64,000 nt of DNA from Eubacteriales bacterium. GTDB lineage: Bacteria; Bacillota; Clostridia; Oscillospirales; SIG627. Below the pieces are notes generated by a model, which saw only the letters and a program-made list of their open reading frames with translations, ran no database searches and was not told the DNA's origin. The stretch lies in contig JAZREJ010000041.1 of NCBI GenBank assembly GCA_045660745.1, positions 12,656-76,655 of the forward strand, in the 5' to 3' direction. Shown piece by piece: positions 34,156-42,599 of this stretch. The position numbers and the translations under genes are program-made. Position 1 is the first letter of the stretch, and every line of letters begins with the position of its first letter.

Positions 34156-35198
34156 TTAGTTTAATGCTGCATTAATATCATATGATACATTACCAACAAT
34201 TCCCTCGTTAATGATAACTACTGTTATTTCTTTTGCCCCATTGCCTCCGAAACTAATCTCGTTAATTATATACTCGTTATTTTGAATAGTTGCTTCTGAA
34301 ATACTATAATTTCCGGTATAGGTTTTTTTGATAACCTTTACTCTAGTGTTAGAACCAGAGAAATTTACAGTTATTGTTATTGGTTGCACGCTACTTCCGG
34401 AAGGTTTAAACGTAATATAATTACTTGAAAGAGGGGATAACGATTCTTGTTGATTAGACGGGTAAGCAAAAGGATACGAAGTGCATTCTTGTGTTCTTTG
34501 TGCTTTTCCCCATGCATTGTTTCCTGTAGGTGCTATATCATAAAAATAATCTGCATCACTGTTAAATGTCATGAACCCGGAATATGCTTTTGCAAGATTG
34601 TAATTCGAGTTGTGGAGCGTTAATCCGGTATTAATCGCGGTCAAAGGATTGTTCGACGAGGTTGCGAATGATGCGAGAATTTTTTTAAGTTGAACAAAAT
34701 ACAGTGTCAATCTCATCAAAGACGTTGGCAACGGCTTCTGCAACCTCTATATTGACTGTAGTGCTTGCCTAATAATATACTCTGAATCTTCCCACTGTTT
34801 TACAATCATATGTTTGAGGCCATGTGTCATCATTTCGTCTTGACAATTCGTCTAATGTCCGTTGTATTGTGGACATATCGTAATCTTTGGAATCGCGATT
34901 ATTTTCATAAAATCTGCTTATCTCCCAATGTAATCCTGTGCCACATTCTTTTCTTATTATTTTTGTTTCGGCTTCTTCGCCTAAAATGGATTTACAAAGA
35001 GATAACACATAGTCATATTCTGAAATATCATCTTTATTTTTTGCAGTGTCAAATGTGTTTAATTCTGTTTGACAATCGTTGTTACAACATGCGGGGACTT
35101 TTTCTGTGCTTATTTCATTTGCATAAATTGGAAGTAACACTTGCAATAAAACCAAGGTGATAAGTAAAATGCTTATAATTTTTTTAATAGATTCTCAT
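34156..35198 (-). pseudogene. decayed gene for a secreted protein (two ORF fragments, 34769..35155 and 34156..34743)
   Basis: ATG 35198 is out of frame by 1 nt with the signal-peptide-like IKKIISILLITLVLLQVLLPIYA. In-frame TAG at 34771-34769. A plausible protein sequence (ASTTVNIEVAEAVANVFDEIDTV) continues past the TAG, then the frame shifts into the 34743 ORF. Confidence 0.55.
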
Positions 35199-35314
35199 TA
35201 TTAATAGAAAGGTTGAACGGCGTGTTAATTCAGTTAAGCCACATCGTATTCGCCTCCTTTTTGAGATTTGATATGCAATAAAATAAAGTGTAAATTGAAT
35301 AAAGCTCATTCTCT

Positions 35315-36562
35315 TTAACGAAGTGCACTTGTGCTTATGTAATAATAAACAAGTGACGAGGTCGTAACAGCATCTCCTCCAAGCTCTTTATTCGGAGTAT
35401 ATTCGGCGGCTCCAAAAATCAAATAATCATCTGTAACGTGACCGATATAATGCTTTCCGTCATTTATTGTATCGACATAAACAAGAATATCGTTCTTCAC
35501 ATCGTAATACATTGGGCAATCATTGTTCCATCCATCCCACACTATTAATGAATCATTACAATCAACAAGGTCTATTGTCAAAGAACTTTTAATTATCGGA
35601 TAAGATTTATTGTTTTTATACAGTATAAGCCCGTCATCAATTTTCGCAACCAGCGTGTTGTTATATCCGCTCAAATATAAATAGTTTTGTCCCAAAAATA
35701 TATCCGATTGCTCAGGCATTGTATTTTTTAAAACATACTCTTTTTTTGATTCATCATACCCCAGATATGAAACACCATTGTAATATATTGGCTCGGTAGC
35801 CCTTTTTTCGGCAACCAATGTAATTTCGTCCGCTTCTATATTATACTTATATAAATTAACGTTGGCTTTATTGTTGGTTACAGATACCGTGTCCTGAAAA
35901 TAAACTTCATTATCATTAATAACAATAGCACCAAAATTCCAGGAATACATATATCCGTTTTCGTCCTTTGTATAAGTGTAAAAGAGCTTGTTTACGCCTG
36001 TGTTCATGTCAAGACAGTTCAATGAAGCCTTAAGCCAATTGGCATTATCATCCTCCTTCCAAATAACATATCTGTCATTAACTACATAAATAGAGATTTC
36101 TTTATCTGTATTGAAGTGATATACGGTTTCCTCGGTGCAAGTGTCTAGGTTATATCTAAGAATGCTTTTATTCCCGTTTTGCTCTACTAAAAAATACAAA
36201 TAATTTTTATATTCTGCATGCAAAGCAAATGTATCATAAGATTCAATATTATTAAAAACCACCTTGTTTAGAGTTAAGCTCGGATAAACATTTGAAAACG
36301 CTTCGCATTTTTTATATAAATTTAATGTATACCTTTGAATATAATCTTTGCCTCCGACGTATTCCTTATATGCTATCTCTTTTTCTACAATTTCATAATG
36401 TTTGTTTTTATTAAAAACATCTGTGTCGATTTTCAAAACATTAGATATACCTTCTTCTTGTTCGTCTGCGATATCCGAAAAAGGCTCAGAGTTTCCTTTG
36501 CATGAAGAAAAAGTAAGAAAAAAACACAGCAATAGTACCGCAAATAATTTTTTATTAAACAT
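35315..36562 (-). CDS. hypothetical lipoprotein, beta-propeller-like (DUF5050/TolB-like pattern)
   Basis: 415 aa; lipobox FSSC. Repeated hydrophobic/aromatic beta-strand pattern (YNLDT..VYHF, YVIW, LYKYNIE, etc.). Confidence 0.6.
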   Translation of the reverse strand: MFNKKLFAVLLLCFFLTFSSCKGNSEPFSDIADEQEEGISNVLKIDTDVFNKNKHYEIVEKEIAYKEYVGGKDYIQRYTLNLYKKCEAFSNVYPSLTLNKVVFNNIESYDTFALHAEYKNYLYFLVEQNGNKSILRYNLDTCTEETVYHFNTDKEISIYVVNDRYVIWKEDDNANWLKASLNCLDMNTGVNKLFYTYTKDENGYMYSWNFGAIVINDNEVYFQDTVSVTNNKANVNLYKYNIEADEITLVAEKRATEPIYYNGVSYLGYDESKKEYVLKNTMPEQSDIFLGQNYLYLSGYNNTLVAKIDDGLILYKNNKSYPIIKSSLTIDLVDCNDSLIVWDGWNNDCPMYYDVKNDILVYVDTINDGKHYIGHVTDDYLIFGAAEYTPNKELGGDAVTTSSLVYYYISTSALR

Positions 36563-36594
36563 AATTTCTCCTTAAAATCTCATGACCTTTCTTA

Positions 36595-36870
36595 TCAAAA
36601 CAAATTTGTTATATTTGTTTTGATACTATACACTGTATTTTGCTCAAAGTTTTCTCCTACATATACTCTTGCAACTGTTTTGACTCGATATGTACCATTT
36701 GATAAACCCGATTTTGCATTGGTTAAAGAGCTTTTATATCGGATATTCAAATCTGAAAGGATCGAAGATGTATACATATATCTTGGAGTTACAGAGCCTG
36801 CTAACACAGTGATAAAAAAGCAACTTAACAAAAGCAATACCATAATTACCGACATCATCTTTTTAAGCAT
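36595..36870 (-). CDS. small secreted hypothetical protein
   Basis: ORF track 36595..36960; start moved to ATG 36870 behind AAAGGAGGGGG. Signal peptide MLKKMMSVIMVLLLLSCFFITVLAG. Confidence 0.5.
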   Translation of the reverse strand: MLKKMMSVIMVLLLLSCFFITVLAGSVTPRYMYTSSILSDLNIRYKSSLTNAKSGLSNGTYRVKTVARVYVGENFEQNTVYSIKTNITNLF

Positions 36871-36882
36871 AAGAATTCCCCC

Positions 36883-36928
36883 TCCTTTCTGCAAGTATTT
36901 TGAAATGACTTTTTGCCCTTTCATAAAC
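36883..36928 (-). promoter_or_regulatory. conserved intercistronic element, copy B
   Basis: Minus strand reads GTTTATGAAAGGGCAAAAAGTCATTTCAAAATACTTGCAGAAAGGA. Lies between the anti-sigma stop (36967) and ATG 36870. Confidence 0.6.
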
Positions 36929-36966
36929 ATATAACAAATCAGAGGGGGAAATTCTTTCACATTTTT

Positions 36967-37626
36967 TTACTTTTTTACAGATTCGGCAATTTTAACCAAA
37001 ACATCCTTGCCGATATTGGTAGATATATAAAAAACATATTCTCCGTTGTCCCACATTACGTGATGATAATCGTGATTATCTTTATAGTATATTCCGACAT
37101 TCCCGTTTATATTGATCTCTTCAATAACGGTATCCTCGGTATTAAGGCTAATATTAAAGCCCGATTTTGTATATTGATTAAAGCTTATCACGAGATTATC
37201 CTTGACATAATCAACGCATCTCGATATCGGAGTGACGCTCCACACATCCTCAATATATCCGTCAAGGTTATAAGTTATTTTGTAAAGCTCTTCAATGGAC
37301 TGCGAGGCGTTATTATCAAGTTGAACCAAAACCATTGAATTGGTATCAAAAATGCTTACAAAGAAGTTTGCAACGGCACTTCTCACGCTATCGAAAGCCA
37401 AAGCGGTTGCGGATAAGCAAAGCAACAGAATCAAAATAAAGCAAGCAACACGTTTTCTTGTAGAATTGATCAATTTATAATACGGTTTTTTACGCCTTTT
37501 TATCAATGCTCCCATTTTGTCTTCAAACTCTTTTGTGAAAATATGTTCGTCAGGCGAAATACTGTCGCATTCCTGAAGCATCGCATTTTGTAAAGCGATA
37601 ACAAAAACTTTATTGATCTTGTTCAC
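36967..37626 (-). CDS. anti-sigma factor-like membrane protein (DUF4367-type C-terminal domain)
   Basis: 219 aa. Overlaps the sigma gene by 17 nt. Cytoplasmic N-terminus, one TM (VACFILILLLCLSATALAF), C-terminal ...VMWDNGEYVFYISTNIGKDVLVKIAESVKK. Confidence 0.7.
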   Translation of the reverse strand: MNKINKVFVIALQNAMLQECDSISPDEHIFTKEFEDKMGALIKRRKKPYYKLINSTRKRVACFILILLLCLSATALAFDSVRSAVANFFVSIFDTNSMVLVQLDNNASQSIEELYKITYNLDGYIEDVWSVTPISRCVDYVKDNLVISFNQYTKSGFNISLNTEDTVIEEININGNVGIYYKDNHDYHHVMWDNGEYVFYISTNIGKDVLVKIAESVKK

Positions 37627-38149
37627 CTTCCTCCAAAAGATTTTTTAATTGTTTTTTTGCCCTACCTATGCGCACAGAAACTGTATTTTCCGTTATCGTG
37701 AGCATTTTTGCTATTTCTTTTGTTGAAAATCCAATTACGTAACGTAGATATAAAACATCTTTATAAATATCATCAAGCTGTAAGATACAATTTAAAAGCA
37801 CTTCATAATTATAGTTTTCGAAAAAATCTATCTCTATTGCGGTCGTATCATCGTTAAATTCTTTATGGTGGCTTGCATTTCTTTTGTTTTTGTTATAAAT
37901 GTTAATAGCTGCGTTCTTAGCTATAATAACAACGTATGGCTTTAATTCATGACAGGATAATTGAGAAATTTTTTCAAAACTATTTGCAATATTTAAAAAA
38001 GCTTGATGAACCGCATCTTCTGAATCGTGAACGTTTTTCAAAATATTAAAGCATACCGAATACATATATTGCTTGTAATTTATATACAACTCTTCAAAAC
38101 TTCTTTTTTGTTCTTCACGTTCCAATACAGAAAGATATAATTGCAACAT
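37610..38149 (-). CDS. ECF-type sigma-70 family RNA polymerase sigma factor
   Basis: 179 aa. Region 2 (DSEDAVHQAFLNI) and region 4 HTH (FSTKEIAKMLTITENTVSVRIGRAKKQLK). Confidence 0.9.
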   Translation of the reverse strand: MLQLYLSVLEREEQKRSFEELYINYKQYMYSVCFNILKNVHDSEDAVHQAFLNIANSFEKISQLSCHELKPYVVIIAKNAAINIYNKNKRNASHHKEFNDDTTAIEIDFFENYNYEVLLNCILQLDDIYKDVLYLRYVIGFSTKEIAKMLTITENTVSVRIGRAKKQLKNLLEEGEQDQ

Positions 38150-38288
38150 TTGTAACCCCTTTTAGCCCGAAAATCAAACTGAATTTTAATTGAATAAGCA
38201 ATTGCAAGTAACACAAAAATTCTCCTATAAAATCGCGAAGGTTTGCAGATATCACCTGCCTAATACGACTTTTTGTTACTTTATTACA

Positions 38289-38318
38289 ATTATAACACGG
38301 CATCAACATTAAAGTCAA
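38289..38318 (-). promoter_or_regulatory. sigma-A-type promoter upstream of the sigma/anti-sigma operon
   Basis: Minus strand TTGACT (38318-38313), 18-nt spacer, TATAAT (38294-38289), followed by a leader of about 130 nt. Confidence 0.55.
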
Positions 38319-38393
38319 GCAATGCATGTGTTATAAACTGTGTAAAGCGTAAATTTTGACAAGGTGTATGCAACAATTGAAAAGCAGGCAATA

Positions 38394-38452
38394 CAAAAAA
38401 TCAAGCGGGAGGCTCACCGGCTTACTAAACGTAAGTCAAGAGTCTCCCGCTT
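38394..38452 (-). terminator. terminator of the 43630-38491 carbohydrate operon
   Basis: Minus strand: AAGCGGGAG / CTCCCGCTT outer stem (38452-38444 / 38411-38403), inner stem CTTAC/GTAAG, then GATTTTTTG. Confidence 0.75.
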
Positions 38453-38490
38453 TGATATTAACAAAGTAGTGCGTGTCTTTTTTGAAGCAA

Positions 38491-39567
38491 TTAAAGCTTA
38501 ATAGGTTTACCTGTCCTTATACTTTCGTAGCAAGCATTCATAGCACAAATAGTATTGCGGTGCCATCCAAGATTAATCTTGGGGGTCTTGCCCTCACGGA
38601 TACAGGTTGCGAACTCATCAATGAGTCCTACCCACTCGTCAAAGTATGTGTACTGAACAACGTACTTGGAGTCGGGAGTAGAATTGTGATATACGTTGGG
38701 ACCGAAGCAATCGGTCATAACAGAGCCCTTGTCGGCATTGAGAATGATGTTAACCTCCATTCTCTTGGGGAAGATCTCCCATCCGGGACCGGGAACCTTA
38801 AGCTTAGCTTCGGTTCTTGACCAAGAGGGGTCGAGAAGGAATACAACGCCGTTTTTCATCTTACCTGTTACTGCAACCATATCCTCTTCCTCAATATCTA
38901 GACGGATGTTAGGTGCAACAGTTGCAAAGATGGTATCAAATTCACTGCCTGTCATCTCGCGGATGAGGTCAAAAATGTGGGGATGGTCACAGATAGCACC
39001 GCCTCTGAAACGGTGATCACCGTCCTTGAGGGGAACTCTCTTACCGTAGCTCTTCTCGGGAACGCCCTGCCAGGGGAACGCCCAAACGGGAGAAAGGGTG
39101 ATATTTGTCGCCTCAAAAGAACGGAGTGTTCCGAGAGCACCTGCGTTGTTAAGCTCCTTAAGTCTCATTACAACGGGCTTGTAGTGAAGCTCAAGCTCAA
39201 CCTGGAATACGATTCCCGCCTCACGGCATACTCTTTCCATTTCTGCATACTCCTCCATATCGAAGGTGGGTATCTTCATGGAGAGGATATGGATGCCGCG
39301 CTCTGCACACATCTTAACCTGACGGAGGTGATCGCTGTTCTCACTTGCAAGAACTACAGCCTCGATCTCGGGATGCTCGGCAAGCATCTGTTCCTCACTG
39401 TCATAGCAAGGAATACCCTGTACGGAATTGAGGAATATCTCCTTTACTTCAGCGTTAGCACAGGAAACTGCAACCCAATCAAGCTTGGGGTTGTCGCGAA
39501 GTGTCTGATAATACTTTCTTGTGTGTCCATGGGTCATGGACATCATAGCAATTTTAATAGGCTTCAT
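38491..39567 (-). CDS. Gfo/Idh/MocA family oxidoreductase
   Basis: 358 aa. N-terminal Rossmann-like segment KIAMMSMTHGHTRKY..EAVVLASEN and a C-terminal alpha/beta domain. Confidence 0.8.
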   Translation of the reverse strand: MKPIKIAMMSMTHGHTRKYYQTLRDNPKLDWVAVSCANAEVKEIFLNSVQGIPCYDSEEQMLAEHPEIEAVVLASENSDHLRQVKMCAERGIHILSMKIPTFDMEEYAEMERVCREAGIVFQVELELHYKPVVMRLKELNNAGALGTLRSFEATNITLSPVWAFPWQGVPEKSYGKRVPLKDGDHRFRGGAICDHPHIFDLIREMTGSEFDTIFATVAPNIRLDIEEEDMVAVTGKMKNGVVFLLDPSWSRTEAKLKVPGPGWEIFPKRMEVNIILNADKGSVMTDCFGPNVYHNSTPDSKYVVQYTYFDEWVGLIDEFATCIREGKTPKINLGWHRNTICAMNACYESIRTGKPIKL

Positions 39568-39581
39568 TATGTGTCCCTCCC

Positions 39582-40271
39582 TTATACTCTTATGTTATCA
39601 ACGGTCTCGATAGCAAGACGAGCAGCCTTAACAACTGCGTCGATGTGGTCAGCCGCAGCTTCTGTTTCGGTTCCGTTCTGTGCAATATCGAAGGTGTGAC
39701 GGATGATAGCGCACTCATCAATGTTGAGCCCGAAAAGCTCGGCATCAACGTCGGTGAAGGTAGTGTTTGTATCACCGAAAACGTAGATAGAGCTCTGGGG
39801 TACCTGAGTATCAACAACTCTGTCGCAAACGTTACCGGATACTGCGATCATCTCGTGCTTGTCAATGGGAGCCTGAGTATCGGGAAGAGTTGCGGAAAGC
39901 TCAAAGGAGCAAACGATTCCATTTTCGCTCTTTGCGATGGCGTTGAGTGCAACACCGCCATTTTCAACAGCAAAGATCTCAGCGATCTTTTCGCCCGAGA
40001 TATACTCAAATACATCCGCCTCACGCCAAAGAACATCGTAGAGGTTGGTGCCTCTCTTTGTAATGTGAGTGACTCTTACGGTGGAAAGACCTGTAAGTCT
40101 GCCCTGTACCACAAGATTTCTCATCTCGATAAATCTGCGCTCTGCACGCCATGGGAGAAGTCTAACCTTCTTACCTGCAACAAGCGCTTCCTTCTCACTT
40201 ACAAGCTCTGCCTTTGTGGCAACGTCGTACTTTGCAAGAAGAAACTCAAGCTTTTCCTGAAGTTTTTTCAT
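39582..40271 (-). CDS. Gfo/Idh/MocA C-terminal-domain-like protein lacking a Rossmann fold
   Basis: 229 aa. Segment RFIEMRNLVVQGRLTGLSTVRV...VFEYISGEKIAEIFAV..NGIVCSFELSAT resembles the oxidoreductase C-terminal domain. No N-terminal nucleotide-binding segment. Confidence 0.5.
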   Translation of the reverse strand: MKKLQEKLEFLLAKYDVATKAELVSEKEALVAGKKVRLLPWRAERRFIEMRNLVVQGRLTGLSTVRVTHITKRGTNLYDVLWREADVFEYISGEKIAEIFAVENGGVALNAIAKSENGIVCSFELSATLPDTQAPIDKHEMIAVSGNVCDRVVDTQVPQSSIYVFGDTNTTFTDVDAELFGLNIDECAIIRHTFDIAQNGTETEAAADHIDAVVKAARLAIETVDNIRV

Positions 40272-40291
40272 GGTTTTATTCCTTTCTTAAA

Positions 40292-41041
40292 TTAAAGCAT
40301 TTTTATGCGAGGCCTATACTTTGCAAGATAAGCCGCATTCTTTTCGTCACCGCCGGGAGTATTTGCGCTTGACCATACAGGAGGAGTGATTCCTCTCTCA
40401 ATACACTGACGCACACACTCAATCTCAAGAAGATGAGCAATGTAGAAATCAACTATGTTGGAGGTGGGCGCAATGGGAGTGTCAAGACCCGGTACGTTTA
40501 CAACAGCGTCACCTACGGGGTTGTAGTCGTCAATGCAAACGTCTGCATAATCGAAGAGATTCTTCTTGTTCGGATGGCGGATAAAGTGATCGGCGGGCAT
40601 CTCGTCCTGCCAGTAGGAGCTGGAGATAGCAATAATCTTAACGCCTCTCTTCTTTGCTTCCTCAGCGGCATCTATGGTTGCGGGGTTGATACCGATGTTG
40701 TGGAAGATGATAAGAAGGTCTCCTTCCTTAAGATCATAGTACTTGAGAATGGATGAGCCGTAGTTTACGGTACGCTCAAGCTCAAGATATTTGAGCGCCT
40801 GATTGAAAACAGAAAGACCTGTTTCCATACAAGGATTGATGCAGGCAAGACCGCCCGCTCTGAAGAACATCTCACCGAGGGGAAGGGTGGTATGTCCGCC
40901 ACCGCCGTATACACTGATAAGGCGATCGTTTTCTATAGCGTCAGCCATAAGGCTTGCCGCTTTTTTTATATTTTCTTCCTGCTTTTCGTTTATCTCTTCA
41001 AGGTTTGCAAGAATACTCTTAAAATAACCGAAATCATTCAT
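40292..41041 (-). CDS. SIS domain protein (UPF0309-like)
   Basis: 249 aa. Segment DRLISVYGGGGHTTLPLGEMFFRAGGL..IAISS; paralog of 41880..42599. Confidence 0.75.
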   Translation of the reverse strand: MNDFGYFKSILANLEEINEKQEENIKKAASLMADAIENDRLISVYGGGGHTTLPLGEMFFRAGGLACINPCMETGLSVFNQALKYLELERTVNYGSSILKYYDLKEGDLLIIFHNIGINPATIDAAEEAKKRGVKIIAISSSYWQDEMPADHFIRHPNKKNLFDYADVCIDDYNPVGDAVVNVPGLDTPIAPTSNIVDFYIAHLLEIECVRQCIERGITPPVWSSANTPGGDEKNAAYLAKYRPRIKML

Positions 41042-41870
41042 ACTGAAGTTTCCTTTCTATTTCTTTTCTTGTTGGGATAGCATCAATAACATGGGCTCTT
41101 GTAACGCTGATTCCGCTTGCGGCATTGGCAAAACGGCAAGACTCTTCAAGGCTCATATTCTCAGCCAAGCATACAGCAAGCACCCCGTTGAAGGTATCGC
41201 CTGCGCCGGTTGTGTCAACGGGACGATCAGAAGTTGCGGGGACAACAGTCGTACCGTTTATAAGGCAACCCTTTTTGCCGAGGGTCACTATAGTGTTTTC
41301 AAAAAGCTGTGGGTCCAAAAAGCGAGATTCTTGCTCATTGGGGGTTGCAAGGAACAGCTTTTCCGAAATCAGGGCTTTTCTTGCGGGAGCGGGATTGAGT
41401 ATTACGCGTACACCGTGCTTTTTCGCAATTTCCATTGCACACGCGTTCACTTCTTGCGGTACCTCGTTTTGCAAAAGCAGAATATCGCTCGACTCAATCT
41501 CCTTTTCAAAAGCACCTACATCCTCTTCCGTAAGCTCGGCTCCCCTGTAGACCGTCACACGGTTTTCACCGTTTTTGTCGGTCAGGATAAATGCCGTAGG
41601 ACTGGGGGTATTCTTTTTTATAAGGAACGGAGTGATACCGTTTTCGATACAGCACTCAAGACTTGCACGCCCGTCCGAGTCATCTCCGACAGCGGCAAGA
41701 AACGAGACCTGCGCCCCAAAGCGTGCGGCGGCGACAGCCTGATTCATGCCCTTGCCGCCAACCTCGTAAAAAAGCGAGTCGGCGGAAAGAGTCTCTCCGT
41801 TTTCGTGGAAATGGTCGACTGTCATGAAATACGAGCCGCCAACGATACCGATAACAGATATTTTAGCCAT
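41034..41870 (-). CDS. PfkB family carbohydrate kinase (ribokinase-like)
   Basis: 278 aa. Motifs GGKGMNQA and DTTGAGDTFNG. Confidence 0.9.
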   Translation of the reverse strand: MAKISVIGIVGGSYFMTVDHFHENGETLSADSLFYEVGGKGMNQAVAAARFGAQVSFLAAVGDDSDGRASLECCIENGITPFLIKKNTPSPTAFILTDKNGENRVTVYRGAELTEEDVGAFEKEIESSDILLLQNEVPQEVNACAMEIAKKHGVRVILNPAPARKALISEKLFLATPNEQESRFLDPQLFENTIVTLGKKGCLINGTTVVPATSDRPVDTTGAGDTFNGVLAVCLAENMSLEESCRFANAASGISVTRAHVIDAIPTRKEIERKLQYE

Positions 41871-41879
41871 GTCAACCTC

Positions 41880-42599
41880 TTAAAGATGCTTTATGCGTGG
41901 CATGTATTTTTTGATAAGTGCTTTGTTGTACTCAGCGCCTCCCTCAACGTTTCCGCTGAGGTATACGTCAGGCTTCACTGTTTTTGCGGCAAGGCGTGCG
42001 CCTTCCATCAAAACAGACTGCATAATATAGGATGAAGCAGCGGTGGAAACACTGCCCATCGGCACTTCAACGCCTTCAATATCAATGACTGCATCTCCGT
42101 GTGGCACGCAGTTGTCAATATAGATATCTGAGCACTCGTAAAGGAGTGGGGCGTCCTTTTTATCGGTAAAATAGTCGGAGGAGACTACTGATACGGTAAA
42201 GACACCGCTTGAACGCGAAACTTCTGCCATCTCGACGGGAGCGGCATTTTTGCCCGAGGTGGATATAACGAAAAGCATATCGCGCTCGGTTATGCAGTAG
42301 CGCTCAAAAACGCTGGGGGTTATCCCGCGCATCTTCTCCATTTTACTGCTTTTTGCCGCACCGTTGTGAAGCATGAGGTCGGTGTCGAGCACTGCACTTA
42401 CGTTTACAAGACCTCCTGCTCTGTAAAAGCAGTCGAGCCCGATAAGATGGGAATGTCCGCATCCGAAAACGTATATAATGCCGTCGTCTTCTATGACCTT
42501 CGCAACACGCTCTGCAACACTCTGCATCTTGTCATGCTGAGTGTTTTTTATTTTTGTGAGTACTTCTGTGATTTTTTCGTAATAAGTATCGAAAATCAT
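41880..42599 (-). CDS. SIS domain protein (UPF0309-like)
   Basis: 239 aa. Segment DGIIYVFGCGHSHLIGLDCFYRAGGL..FVISTSGKN. Confidence 0.75.
   Translation of the reverse strand: MIFDTYYEKITEVLTKIKNTQHDKMQSVAERVAKVIEDDGIIYVFGCGHSHLIGLDCFYRAGGLVNVSAVLDTDLMLHNGAAKSSKMEKMRGITPSVFERYCITERDMLFVISTSGKNAAPVEMAEVSRSSGVFTVSVVSSDYFTDKKDAPLLYECSDIYIDNCVPHGDAVIDIEGVEVPMGSVSTAASSYIMQSVLMEGARLAAKTVKPDVYLSGNVEGGAEYNKALIKKYMPRIKHL

Noticed and set aside
31314-38318. Whether the A+T-rich island is a mobile element or prophage remnant
   Set aside because: No integrase, transposase, recombinase, phage structural genes, flanking direct repeats or adjacent tRNA are visible in the window. It is kept only as a compositionally atypical island.
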